Assembly (NCBI GenBank): GCA_963781585.1
Contig: CAWAGQ010000008.1
Location: 352,001 to 416,000, forward strand
Source: an uncultured Gemmatimonadaceae bacterium
GTDB lineage: Bacteria; Gemmatimonadota; Gemmatimonadetes; Gemmatimonadales; Gemmatimonadaceae
DNA length: 64,000 nt
Reading direction: 5' to 3'
A program made the position numbers and the translations under genes. Under the pieces are notes generated by a model that was not told the DNA's origin, did no database searches, and saw only the letters and a list, made by a program, of their open reading frames with translations. Shown piece by piece: positions 50,700-60,271 of this stretch (position 1 is its first letter; every line of letters starts with the position of its first letter).

Positions 50700-50761
50700 C
50701 CGACCTCCGACCTCCGACCTCCGACCTCCGACCTCCGACCTCCGACCTCCGACCTCCGACC
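50700..50761 (+). repeat. Heptamer tandem repeat (CCGACCT) x 8 plus a partial copy
   Basis: Eight exact units followed by CCGACC. Confidence 0.95.
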
Positions 50762-50763
50762 CA

Positions 50764-52881
50764 TTGGCATCTCTCGTCATTCACGGCCACTTCTATCAGC
50801 CGCCGCGCGAGAATCCGTTTCTCGACGAGGTCGAGGCGGAGCCGTCGGCCGCACCGTATCACGACTGGAACCAGCGGATCGAGCGTGAATGCTATCGGGC
50901 AGTCGTTGCCGCTCGCGTAACGGGGAACAACGGCCGGATCGCGCGCATCGTCAATACGCTCGAATGGATCTCCTTCGACTTCGGCCCGACTCTGCTCGAA
51001 TGGATGGAACGTGAGGCGAACGACACATACCGCTCGATCCTGGCTGCTGATCACGCGAGCCGAAGTCGGCTCGGGGGTCACGGCAACGCCATAGCCCAGC
51101 CATATCATCACACGATCCTTCCACTGGCCTCACGGCGCGACAAGCAGACCGAGGTGCGGTGGGGCATAGCAGACTTTCGCCGGCGCTACGGTCGCGACCC
51201 CGAGGGCATGTGGCTCCCCGAGACCGCGGTCGACGATGAAACGCTGGACGTCCTCGCCGCCGAAGGAGTCCGCTTCACCATTCTCGCGCCACACCAGCTG
51301 GTGCCAGTGCCACCACTGGGTCGCCCGGGCCGGTACCGTACGTCGGGAGGCCGCAGTATCGCCCTCTTCACCTACGATGGGTCCCTCTCCCACGGGATCG
51401 CCTTCGGGGGACTCCTCCACGACGCCGATGCATGGGTGAGCCGGATGGCCATGGCCGGGGCGCACCTGGCCATGGAAGGCGGAATGGCAGCAGCCACGGC
51501 TGAGGCGTTCGAGAGCCGGCAGGGACTCGGCCCGGAAGAAGGCCCGCAGGACGCGGCCCCGGCCCCGGAGCTGCTGCTCGCCATGGCAACGGATGGCGAA
51601 ACGTATGGACATCATCACCGATTCGGCGAAATGGCGTTGGCGCATGCACTGGAGAAGATGGGTGCCGAGCAGTGGCGGGCCGAGAACTTCGCGTTCTTCC
51701 TCGCGCGCTCCCCCGCCACCTATGACGTGGCGATCGTCGCACCAAGCGCCTGGAGCTGTGTGCACGGTGTGGAGCGGTGGCGATCGAACTGTGGCTGCCG
51801 GCTCGACGGCGGGCGCAATCCGAGTCAGGCGTGGCGCACACCGCTGCGACAGGGTCTGGAGAAGGTCGCCGCCGAAGTGCACGCTGTTTTCGATCAGCAG
51901 GGGCGGGCGCTGTTCGGGGATCCGTGGCGAGTGCGTGACGCGTACGGTGCGGTCGTGGCGGGAGGGACAGACGAGCTTGAACGATTCGCGAAAGAGACCA
52001 TCCCGCATCCGACTTCCGCGGAGCAGCTCGTGCGGGCGCGGGAACTGCTCGAAATGGAGCGCGATGCGCTGCGCATGTTCACTTCGTGTGCCTGGTTCTT
52101 CGACGACATCGGAGGATTGGAAGCACGGCAAGTTCTCCGGTACGCGGCGCGCGCGATCGACCTGGCGGGAGGGGACCGCGGCCGGCTCGAGGCAATGCTC
52201 CTGGACGAGCTCTCGATCGCACGCAGCAATGACGTTGCGATCGGAACCGGCAGCGACGTGTACCGCACGGCTCTGCTGCCGGCTGTGCCCGCTCCGGTCC
52301 GGATTGCCGCCGCGGCGGTGGCCGGATTGCATGCCGGTGCGCAAGCCCTGGTACGCACCGGGAACGCCGAAGTGGAAATCGCCGGGGACACCGTTCGTGT
52401 GACGGAGTCCCGCACGGGTCGCGGGCACCAGGTCCGCGCGTGGGTCGTGCGGTCCGCACATACCGAGGTCGTGACCGAGGTGGTCGACGAGAGGGGCGCC
52501 CGGTACCGACTATCGCTGGCTGACCTGCCGGAGCGCCCGCGCCACGCCATTCGATCCCGGTTGAGGCGGTCCATTCTGCCCGGCTGCCTGACGCCGGGCG
52601 AAATCGAACTGCTGCTGGCGGGTGACGTGACGCTGGGCGGATTGGTGCGCGTGGCCCTGGTTCGGACGGTCAGGCGGCTGGAGCACGATCACGATGGGGA
52701 CGCGCTGCACCTGGTCAACGCGCTCCTCGATCTGATCGAACAGTCCGAGGGCAAGTTTCCCTTCGACGCGCAGACGGCCTTCTGGCGTATCTGGCAGGGC
52801 GCCAACCGGCAGCGACGCGCGGATCTGCACGAGCTCTTCCTGCGTATTGGGTTCGTGGACAGCGACGCAGCCGGCGACTGA
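50764..52881 (+). CDS. GH57 family protein (DUF3536 type)
   Basis: HGHFYQPPRENP, HTILPL, GMWLPETA, TDGETYGHH, WSCVHGVERW, MFTSCAWFF; TTG start. Confidence 0.9.
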   Translation: MASLVIHGHFYQPPRENPFLDEVEAEPSAAPYHDWNQRIERECYRAVVAARVTGNNGRIARIVNTLEWISFDFGPTLLEWMEREANDTYRSILAADHASRSRLGGHGNAIAQPYHHTILPLASRRDKQTEVRWGIADFRRRYGRDPEGMWLPETAVDDETLDVLAAEGVRFTILAPHQLVPVPPLGRPGRYRTSGGRSIALFTYDGSLSHGIAFGGLLHDADAWVSRMAMAGAHLAMEGGMAAATAEAFESRQGLGPEEGPQDAAPAPELLLAMATDGETYGHHHRFGEMALAHALEKMGAEQWRAENFAFFLARSPATYDVAIVAPSAWSCVHGVERWRSNCGCRLDGGRNPSQAWRTPLRQGLEKVAAEVHAVFDQQGRALFGDPWRVRDAYGAVVAGGTDELERFAKETIPHPTSAEQLVRARELLEMERDALRMFTSCAWFFDDIGGLEARQVLRYAARAIDLAGGDRGRLEAMLLDELSIARSNDVAIGTGSDVYRTALLPAVPAPVRIAAAAVAGLHAGAQALVRTGNAEVEIAGDTVRVTESRTGRGHQVRAWVVRSAHTEVVTEVVDERGARYRLSLADLPERPRHAIRSRLRRSILPGCLTPGEIELLLAGDVTLGGLVRVALVRTVRRLEHDHDGDALHLVNALLDLIEQSEGKFPFDAQTAFWRIWQGANRQRRADLHELFLRIGFVDSDAAGD

Positions 52882-52894
52882 AAGGCGCGAGCGG

Positions 52895-54967
52895 ATGACA
52901 GCGATCCGGTTCTGCTTCGGGCTGCACCTGCACCAGCCGGTGGGCAACTTCGACCACGTGATCGCGCAGCACGTGCGCGATGTGTACCGGCCTTTCCTCG
53001 AGCGAATACGTGTGCATGGGTTCGTGCCGGTGGCGCTGCACATCTCGGGACCACTGCTGGACTGGTTGGAGAGACGCGATCACCGGTTTCTGGACCTCCT
53101 GGGTGATCTGACGGCGGATGGGAAGCTCGAGTGGCTTCTGGCCGGCTACGAGGAGCCGGTGCTGGCATCGCTGCCGCGCGAAGACCGCGTGGAGCAGATC
53201 GCGTGGATGCGCGAGGCGCTTCGTACACGCTTCGGAGCCGCGGCCACCGGACTGTGGCTCACCGAGCGGGTGTGGGAGCCGGACCTGGCCGCCGACCTGC
53301 ACGACGCCGGTGTGCGCTTTGCGCTGGTCGACGACCGTCACTTCGTGGTCACCGGTTTCCGGCGCGACCAGCTGCACGCACCGTACTGGACGGAGCACGG
53401 AGGCAAGCGGCTGGCGCTCTTTCCGATCGATGAGCGACTGCGCTATCTGATCCCTTTCGAAGCGGTGGAGGAAACGGGGAACTACCTGCGCGGGCTGCGA
53501 GAGGCTGGTCATCGGTTGGCGGTTCTGGCGGATGACGGGGAAAAATTCGGGGGATGGCCTGGAACGAAAGAATGGGTCTACGATCGCGGATGGCTGGATC
53601 GGTTCCTCGCGGCGATGCGCGAGCAGGTCTCGAATGGCGACGTGGTTCTGTCGACCTTCGCCGAGGCGCTCGCGGCGGTGCCGAGCGGCGGCATCGCGTA
53701 TCTGCCGACCGCGAGTTATCGCGAGATGGAGACGTGGTCGCTGCCGACGACGCAAGCGCAACGCCTCACGGCGCTCGAGCAGCAGCTCGGCGCAGAGCGC
53801 ATGGCCGGGCCGGATGGAGCGCTGGTGCGGGGCGCGCACTGGAAGAACTTTTTCGTCAAGTATCCGGAAGCGAACCGGATGCACAAGAAGATGCTTGCGC
53901 TTTCGGCGCTGTGCCGCGAACGGGGCAATCCTGCCACTGCCCGGCGCGCGATTGGTCGTGCGCAGTGCAATGATGCGTACTGGCACGGAGTCTTTGGCGG
54001 CCTCTACCTGCCCTTTCTCCGGGCGGCCGTGTGGCGGAATCTGGCTGAAGCGGAGCGCCTCCTGCGGGTCGACGAACAGCTGCGGGCGGAGGAGACCGAC
54101 ATCGACGGCGATGGTCACGTGGAGGTGTGGATCCACTCGGCGCATTTTTCGGCGATCGTGAGTCCGTATCGTGGCGGGGCGATCGAGGAGCTGACCCGGT
54201 TCTCGGTGGAGCCGGAGGTCGTCATGAGTGCGACGCAACGGACCCGGGAGGTTGCAGCATCCACCGGCAGTGACGGGCGCGACGACGCGCCCGGAGCGGC
54301 AGACGGCTCACCGGCAGGCGCGAATCATGCCGATGTACTCACGCGGCGGCGGGAAGCGTATCACGTGCTGAGCGAGCACGGGCACGAGGCACCGATGAAC
54401 ACCGAGCCATCCGTGGTGGGGGGTGCAACCGCACCCGACGAATCTCTGGTGGCGGCGGGTACGCCCAGCATCCACGAGCTGGAGCACGGCTTTCGCCTGC
54501 GCGCGTTGCCGGCCGCGGACCTGGACGATCGGGCGATCTTCGTCGAACGCGTGATCCCGGGCTCGGTGACGCGGGATCAGTTCGCTGGTGCGCAATATCA
54601 ACCGGTGGCGTCGGCGGCGAGGATCGCGATGACCTGCCGCCTGCGTCAGTCGGAATCCCGTGTGGAGGTGGCGCTGGAAGCCCCGGACGGCCGGCTGCGC
54701 AAGACCCTCACCTTTCTGCCGGACGGTCGGGTGCGCGCGGAATTCGAGTGGGACGGGCGGGTGTTTGCGGAGAGCGATTGCTTCACGGTCGAGCTGTCCC
54801 TGGACCGTGCGCTCCCCGTGGCGTGCACGCCGGGCGCCGAGCTGTGGGAGTATCCGATCGAGACGGTATCCAAATCGGAGAAGGGACTGGATCGGGTGCG
54901 GCAGGGTGTCGCGCTGGTGGTGCGGTGGCCGGTGGCGCAGGGGCGGGGCAGCGTAGACCTGGGGTGA
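52895..54967 (+). CDS. GH57 4-alpha-glucanotransferase/alpha-amylase
   Basis: HLHQPVGNF, GLWLTERVWEP, DDGEKFGGWP, SYREM..W, QCNDAYWHGVFGGLYLP. Confidence 0.92.
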   Translation: MTAIRFCFGLHLHQPVGNFDHVIAQHVRDVYRPFLERIRVHGFVPVALHISGPLLDWLERRDHRFLDLLGDLTADGKLEWLLAGYEEPVLASLPREDRVEQIAWMREALRTRFGAAATGLWLTERVWEPDLAADLHDAGVRFALVDDRHFVVTGFRRDQLHAPYWTEHGGKRLALFPIDERLRYLIPFEAVEETGNYLRGLREAGHRLAVLADDGEKFGGWPGTKEWVYDRGWLDRFLAAMREQVSNGDVVLSTFAEALAAVPSGGIAYLPTASYREMETWSLPTTQAQRLTALEQQLGAERMAGPDGALVRGAHWKNFFVKYPEANRMHKKMLALSALCRERGNPATARRAIGRAQCNDAYWHGVFGGLYLPFLRAAVWRNLAEAERLLRVDEQLRAEETDIDGDGHVEVWIHSAHFSAIVSPYRGGAIEELTRFSVEPEVVMSATQRTREVAASTGSDGRDDAPGAADGSPAGANHADVLTRRREAYHVLSEHGHEAPMNTEPSVVGGATAPDESLVAAGTPSIHELEHGFRLRALPAADLDDRAIFVERVIPGSVTRDQFAGAQYQPVASAARIAMTCRLRQSESRVEVALEAPDGRLRKTLTFLPDGRVRAEFEWDGRVFAESDCFTVELSLDRALPVACTPGAELWEYPIETVSKSEKGLDRVRQGVALVVRWPVAQGRGSVDLG

Positions 54968-55773
54968 GACAGAATCTGCAATACCTCCGGAAGTGGATTG
55001 CACGCCGGCGCGTGCCCCCTGGGGCACTGGACGTGATTCCCGATGTGGAGAGCCGGGAACTCGGGAACCGGCGCGATGTCCTGGTCTATCGTCCGAGTTC
55101 GTATGATCGAACGGATGGAGCCTATCCGGTCATCTACATGCAGGATGGCCAGAACCTGTTCGATCCGGCCACCAGTTTCGCGGGCGAATGGGGAGTGGAC
55201 GTCGCCCTCGACAAGACACCGCGCAAAGGTCGGCGGGCACTCATTGTCGGGATTCCCAACACCGGAATCGACCGCGTTCGCGAGTACTCGCCGTTCGTGG
55301 ACCCGCGACACGGCGGCGGGCTGGGCGACGCCTATCTCGACTTCGTGGTGGGGACCGTCAAACCGCTGGTCGACGCCCGGTATCGCACGCTCACGGATGC
55401 GTACGGAACCGGGATCGCCGGGTCGTCACTGGGTGGTCTGATCAGTCTCCACGGTTTCTTCCGGCAGCCGTCGCGCTTCGGATTCGCGGGGGTGCTGAGC
55501 CCGGCCCTCTGGTTCGCGGATGGAGCCATCTTCCACGCGGTCGAGGCGGCGCCGTATGTTCCCGGGCGCATCTACCTCGACGTGGGCGCCCGGGAGGGCG
55601 CCACCTCGGTGCACGATGCGCGCCGGATGCGCGACCTGCTGATCACGAAGGGATACCGTCCGGGGAGGACACTGCTCTGGCGCGAGGATCGGACCGGGCT
55701 GCATAACGAGGCGGCGTGGGGCCGTCGGTTTCGCAGCGCGCTGCCGTTCCTGCTCAGCGGCGACATCACCTGA
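54964..55773 (+). CDS. Alpha/beta-hydrolase (putative esterase family)
   Basis: YPVIYMQDGQNLFD, nucleophile GSSLGG, HNEAAW; GTGA overlap with GH57. Confidence 0.88.
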   Translation: MRQNLQYLRKWIARRRVPPGALDVIPDVESRELGNRRDVLVYRPSSYDRTDGAYPVIYMQDGQNLFDPATSFAGEWGVDVALDKTPRKGRRALIVGIPNTGIDRVREYSPFVDPRHGGGLGDAYLDFVVGTVKPLVDARYRTLTDAYGTGIAGSSLGGLISLHGFFRQPSRFGFAGVLSPALWFADGAIFHAVEAAPYVPGRIYLDVGAREGATSVHDARRMRDLLITKGYRPGRTLLWREDRTGLHNEAAWGRRFRSALPFLLSGDIT

Positions 55774-55774
55774 C

Positions 55775-56509
55775 ATGGGAACACGGCTCCATGGGCAGCA
55801 TCATGCCTGGTACAGTCCGGTGGTCGGGCGCACGATGCAGGTGCGTTGGTTCGGGCACGCGGGCGCCCGGGTGATCGCCTTCCCCACGACCCTGGGGAAC
55901 CACAACGAGTGGCCGGATCGATCGATGCCCGACGTGCTGGGCGAGCAGATCGAAAAGGGGTGGATTCAGCTCTGGTGCGTGGACCACAATCACGATGCCA
56001 GCTGGTATGACAGGACGGCCCATCCGGGACACCGCGCCTGGCTTCACCTGCAGTACGATCGCTATCTGTACGAAGAGCTGCTGCCGTTTACCGCGTACAT
56101 CAACGCAACCCCATTCGTGATCGCCACCGGTGCCAGTTTCGGCGCGTACCACGCCATGACATTCGGCTTGCGCCATCCGCACCTGGTACACCGCGTCATC
56201 GGGATGAGCGGCTTCTACGACATCAAGGAGATGACAGAGGGATACTCCGACGAGAATGTGTATGCCTGCAATCCTTTCGACTTCATGCAGCACGAACACG
56301 ATCCGGAACGGCTTGACGCCTTCCGGCGGCAGGACATCATCATCGCAACCGGGCGGGGAGATCCGCACTACGCGGAGAACGCCGACTTCTCGGCGGTGCT
56401 TTGGAACCAGGGGGTTGGCAACGCCCTCCGCGTGTGGGACGGCTGGTGCCACGACTGGCCGTACTGGGAGCGGATGATCGTGACATACATCGCGGGTGTT
56501 CGGCCGTAG
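55775..56509 (+). CDS. Alpha/beta-hydrolase (esterase family)
   Basis: FGHAG..VIAFPT, GASFG, MSG.YD, HDWPYW. Confidence 0.85.
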   Translation: MGTRLHGQHHAWYSPVVGRTMQVRWFGHAGARVIAFPTTLGNHNEWPDRSMPDVLGEQIEKGWIQLWCVDHNHDASWYDRTAHPGHRAWLHLQYDRYLYEELLPFTAYINATPFVIATGASFGAYHAMTFGLRHPHLVHRVIGMSGFYDIKEMTEGYSDENVYACNPFDFMQHEHDPERLDAFRRQDIIIATGRGDPHYAENADFSAVLWNQGVGNALRVWDGWCHDWPYWERMIVTYIAGVRP

Positions 56510-56527
56510 GTCGTGGCGAGAGGCGAG

Positions 56528-56572
56528 AGTTCAAAGCCCAGAGGCCAAGGGCCACAGTCCAGAGACCACAGA
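56528..56572 (+). repeat. Degenerate heptamer array
   Basis: AGTTCAA AGCCCAG AGGCCAA GGGCCAC AGTCCAG AGACCAC AGA. Confidence 0.55.
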
Positions 56573-56613
56573 TTTTTCACTTCCAACGCACGGTTCACGG
56601 AGCCTGACGCCAC

Positions 56614-57579
56614 ATGTCCAAACGCATCGGCCTCTTCGTGGGCAGAGAGTGGTCCTGGCCGCCCGCCTTCATCGAGGAAGTGGAGAAGCGCGACCAGGGG
56701 GTGACCGCCGAATACGCGAAGATCGGCGGCGAGCATCACGACACGCCGGCGCCGTACGACGTGCTCATCGACCGGATCTCTCACGAGGTGCCGATGTATC
56801 GCTCGTACCTGAAGAAGGCGGTGCTCGACGGTCGGATGGTGGTGAACAACCCCTTCATGTGGACGGCCGACGACAAGTTCTTCGGCGCGGCGCTGATCCG
56901 CCGCCTCGGCGTGGTGTCGCCGAAGACCGTGCTCCTGCCGAACAAGGATTACGTCGAGGGTATCGTTCCGCACGAGAGTCTGCGAAACCTCCGATATCCG
57001 CTCGACTGGAAGGAAATCGTCGCCTGGGTGGGGCTGCCGTGCGTGCTGAAGGATGCCCACGGCGGGGGGTGGAAGGAGGTGCACGTCTGCCGCTCGCTCG
57101 ATGAGTTGATCAACCGGTACGATCAGTCCGGCCGTCTGACGATGATCGTGCAGGAATTCATCGAATGGGATCAGTTCGTTCGCTGCCTGTGCATCGGCCG
57201 GCAGGGGGTACTGCCCATGAAGTACGACCCCGGTTCGCGGAAGTACCTGGTCGAGCACGAGCACCTCACGCCGGAGCTGGGTGCCCGGGTCGTGAACGAT
57301 TCGCTGACCATCGTCCGGGCGTTAGGCTACGACATGAACTCGATCGAATGGGCCATTCGCGATGGGATTCCCTACGCGATCGATTTCATGAACCCGGCGC
57401 CGGACATGGACGTGTATTCGCTGACGCCGATGTACTTCGAGTGGGCGGTGGAGAAGATGGCGACGATGGCGATTCGCCTGGCGAAGACCCCCCATCCGCA
57501 GGTTGCCGAGCTGCACTGGAGCCGGATGTTCAGCCAGGACGCACGTCACGGCGCGGTGCACTCGCCGGGCGCGCCATGA
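56614..57579 (+). CDS. ATP-grasp ligase (RimK/GshB-like fold)
   Basis: VVNNPF..DDKF, PKT, LKDAHGGGW, VQEFI, IDFMNPAPD. Confidence 0.85.
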   Translation: MSKRIGLFVGREWSWPPAFIEEVEKRDQGVTAEYAKIGGEHHDTPAPYDVLIDRISHEVPMYRSYLKKAVLDGRMVVNNPFMWTADDKFFGAALIRRLGVVSPKTVLLPNKDYVEGIVPHESLRNLRYPLDWKEIVAWVGLPCVLKDAHGGGWKEVHVCRSLDELINRYDQSGRLTMIVQEFIEWDQFVRCLCIGRQGVLPMKYDPGSRKYLVEHEHLTPELGARVVNDSLTIVRALGYDMNSIEWAIRDGIPYAIDFMNPAPDMDVYSLTPMYFEWAVEKMATMAIRLAKTPHPQVAELHWSRMFSQDARHGAVHSPGAP

Positions 57580-57655
57580 TCGGGCGTGGACGAGCCGCGC
57601 CGATGCGCGGCCGGCGTGCGGACGTGCCGGCGTGCGGAGCGAATCGGGTCGGAGT

Positions 57656-59038
57656 GTGGATCGCCCCGCCCCTCTCCTGGTGCCCGCCGTGCTGCACGAC
57701 GCCGTAGCGCGGTACCACGACCTGCTGACGCCGGAACTGGCGGAAGCATCGGCCGAGCACCTCGACCATGCGCTCCGGAGGCATGGGCTGGTGTTCGGCG
57801 ACCGGGCGTTGTGCACCGTGCTTCGGCCGCGCCTGCTGACCGGCGATGCCTATCGGCGCCTCCAGGGGCGCATCGTGCCGCTGCTGCGGGCGTTTCGCGC
57901 CGCCCATGAGCGCGCGATGGCCGACCGCGAGTTCCGGGCGCAATTCCGGCTTGGCGAATGGGAGGAGTCACTCCTCGCCGCGGACCCCAGGTTCGATGCG
58001 CCAAGCCCGACGTCGCGGCTGGATTTCTTCTACGCGCCCGATACGGATGTCCTGGGGCTGACGGAATACAATGCCGAGACGCCGGCTGGTGCGGCCTATA
58101 GCGACGCGCTCGCCGAGGTGTTCCTCGATCTGCCGGCGATGCGCGCTTTCGCCGCCGAATACGAGATCCTGCCAGTGCCCTGTCGGCAGGGTGTGGTCGG
58201 CGCATTGCTGGACGCCTACTATCAGTTCGCCGGCTCGCGCGACCGTCCGCGGATCGCGATCCTCGATTGGCCCGACGTGCCCACGGTGACGGAGTTCGAG
58301 TTGTACGCCGAGCACTTCCTGGCCCTTGGAATCGAGTGCCTGATCGGCGACCCGCGCCAGGCGGATTATCGACAAGGACAATTGTGGATCGGTGGGACCG
58401 CGGTCACCCTGATCTACAAGCGCGTGCTGATCAGCGAGCTGGTGACCCGGTGCGGGCTCGACTCGCCAGTGGTGCGGGCGGTCCGGGACGGCGCGGTGTG
58501 CATGGTGGACGGGTTCCGGTGCAAGATCCTGCACAAGAAAGCAAGCCTGGCGGTGCTGAGCGACGAACGAAACGCGCGTCTGTTCGGAGGCGCCGAGCGG
58601 CGGGCGATTGCGGACTGCATTCCCTGGACCCGGGTGGTCGAGGAGCGCCACACGACGTACCGGGATGAGTCGGTGGACCTGGTGCCGTTCATCATTCGTG
58701 AGCGGGAACGCTTCGTGCTCAAGCCTAACGATGACTACGGCGGGCGGGGAATCACCCTGGGCTGGCGCGTGGACGGGAGCCAATGGGAGGCCGCGGTGCG
58801 GAATGCGCTGGCCGAACCGTTCATCGTGCAGGAGCAGGTGGCCGTACCATCGGAACCGTATCCGGCGTGGGTCGACGGCCGGCTGCAGATTCTGGAACGC
58901 CAGTACGACACCGCGCCGTTCATCACCAACGGCGCGTACATGGAGGGCATGCTGGCACGGCTGTCGACCGACCCGTTGCTCAACGTGACCGCCGGTGGCG
59001 GAAGCACGGTACCCATGTTTCTGGTGGAGAAGCGATGA
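57656..59038 (+). CDS. Circularly permuted ATP-grasp ligase; start uncertain
   Basis: [47 protein letters not shown]. Confidence 0.82.
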   Translation: MDRPAPLLVPAVLHDAVARYHDLLTPELAEASAEHLDHALRRHGLVFGDRALCTVLRPRLLTGDAYRRLQGRIVPLLRAFRAAHERAMADREFRAQFRLGEWEESLLAADPRFDAPSPTSRLDFFYAPDTDVLGLTEYNAETPAGAAYSDALAEVFLDLPAMRAFAAEYEILPVPCRQGVVGALLDAYYQFAGSRDRPRIAILDWPDVPTVTEFELYAEHFLALGIECLIGDPRQADYRQGQLWIGGTAVTLIYKRVLISELVTRCGLDSPVVRAVRDGAVCMVDGFRCKILHKKASLAVLSDERNARLFGGAERRAIADCIPWTRVVEERHTTYRDESVDLVPFIIRERERFVLKPNDDYGGRGITLGWRVDGSQWEAAVRNALAEPFIVQEQVAVPSEPYPAWVDGRLQILERQYDTAPFITNGAYMEGMLARLSTDPLLNVTAGGGSTVPMFLVEKR

Positions 59039-59048
59039 GGGCATCCGC

Positions 59049-60257
59049 ATGAAACGCCCAAGCCTGACGATCGGGGTCGAAGAGGAATATCAGATCATCG
59101 ATCCCCGCACCCGGGAGCTGCAGTCGTACATCACGCAGATTCTCGAGGCCGATCACCTGATCATGGGACAGGTGAAGCCCGAGCTGCATCAGTCGATCGT
59201 GGAAGTGGGAACCAAGGTCTGTCACACGCCGGGCGACGTGCGCGACCAGCTGGTCGCGCTGCGGCGCGGTGTCATGGAACTGGCGGCCAGGAACGGGCTC
59301 AAGATCGCAGCTGCCGGAACGCACCCGTTCTCCCACTGGGCCGAGCAGGAGATCACGCCGCTGGAACGGTACATCGGGACGCGTGAGGCGATGGCCCAGC
59401 TCGCCCAGCAACTGCTGATCTTCGGCACCCACGTCCACATCGGCATCGAGGATCGCGATTTCCTCATCGACTGCGCGAACGTCTCACGCTACGTGCTCCC
59501 TCATATCCTCTGCCTGTCCACCAGCTCGCCCTTCTGGATCGGACGCAACACCGGCCTCAAGTCGTACCGGAGCGCCATCTTCCGCGCGTTCCCGCGCACC
59601 GGCATCCCGCGATTCCTCGCGTCGTGGAACGACTACCAGTCATACGTGCGTACGCTCGTCGCCACCGGTTGCGTCCCCGACGGGTCGAAGATCTGGTGGG
59701 ACGTGCGCCCGCATCACCAGTTCCCCACCCTCGAATTCCGGGTCTGCGACGTCTGCACCCGCGTCGAGGAAGCAGTTTGCATCGCCGCCATCCTGCAGGC
59801 CCTGGTCTTCAAGCTGTGGAAGATGCGCCGGGACAACGTCACCTTCCGCATCTATCCCGCCGAGCTGATCGAAGAGAACAAGTGGCGCGCCGTGCGCTAC
59901 GGTCTCGATGGCAAGCTGATCGACTTCGGCCGGGAAACGGAACTGCCGGCGCCGGCGCTGATTCGCGAGTTCCTCGACTGGTTTCTGGGCGACGTGGTCG
60001 ATGAGCTGGGGAGCCGGCGGGAGGTGGAATACGCCCAGCACATCCTGGACCACGGCTCCAGCGCTGATCGCCAACTGGCTACCTTCCGTGAGACGGGGAG
60101 TCTGCAGGCGGTCGTGGACCGGCTCATGACCGAGACGGAGGAAGGAGTGCACCCTCCGGACAAGCCGGCGGGCGCCGTGAAGGACACACACTATCGCGCG
60201 GTTTCACAGTCCAGACCGGAAGCGCTGGCCCCGGAGATCGGGCCGCCGCCGAGCTGA
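59049..60257 (+). CDS. Carboxylate-amine ligase (GCS2/YbdK glutamate--cysteine ligase family)
   Basis: [54 protein letters not shown]. Confidence 0.93.
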   Translation: MKRPSLTIGVEEEYQIIDPRTRELQSYITQILEADHLIMGQVKPELHQSIVEVGTKVCHTPGDVRDQLVALRRGVMELAARNGLKIAAAGTHPFSHWAEQEITPLERYIGTREAMAQLAQQLLIFGTHVHIGIEDRDFLIDCANVSRYVLPHILCLSTSSPFWIGRNTGLKSYRSAIFRAFPRTGIPRFLASWNDYQSYVRTLVATGCVPDGSKIWWDVRPHHQFPTLEFRVCDVCTRVEEAVCIAAILQALVFKLWKMRRDNVTFRIYPAELIEENKWRAVRYGLDGKLIDFGRETELPAPALIREFLDWFLGDVVDELGSRREVEYAQHILDHGSSADRQLATFRETGSLQAVVDRLMTETEEGVHPPDKPAGAVKDTHYRAVSQSRPEALAPEIGPPPS

Positions 60258-60271
60258 CGCACACTCAGTTC

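Noticed and set aside
50700..50761. CRISPR array, or the repeat-derived ORFs 50635-51111 and 50687-50920
   Set aside because: Spacer-less 7-mer tandem with no cas genes; the ORFs are translations of the repeat
5437..58730. GCCTAAC/GTTAGGC as integron attC core sites (RYYYAAC/GTTRRRY)
   Set aside because: Copies are single, mostly inside housekeeping genes, not paired 60-140 bp apart around cassettes; no integrase present
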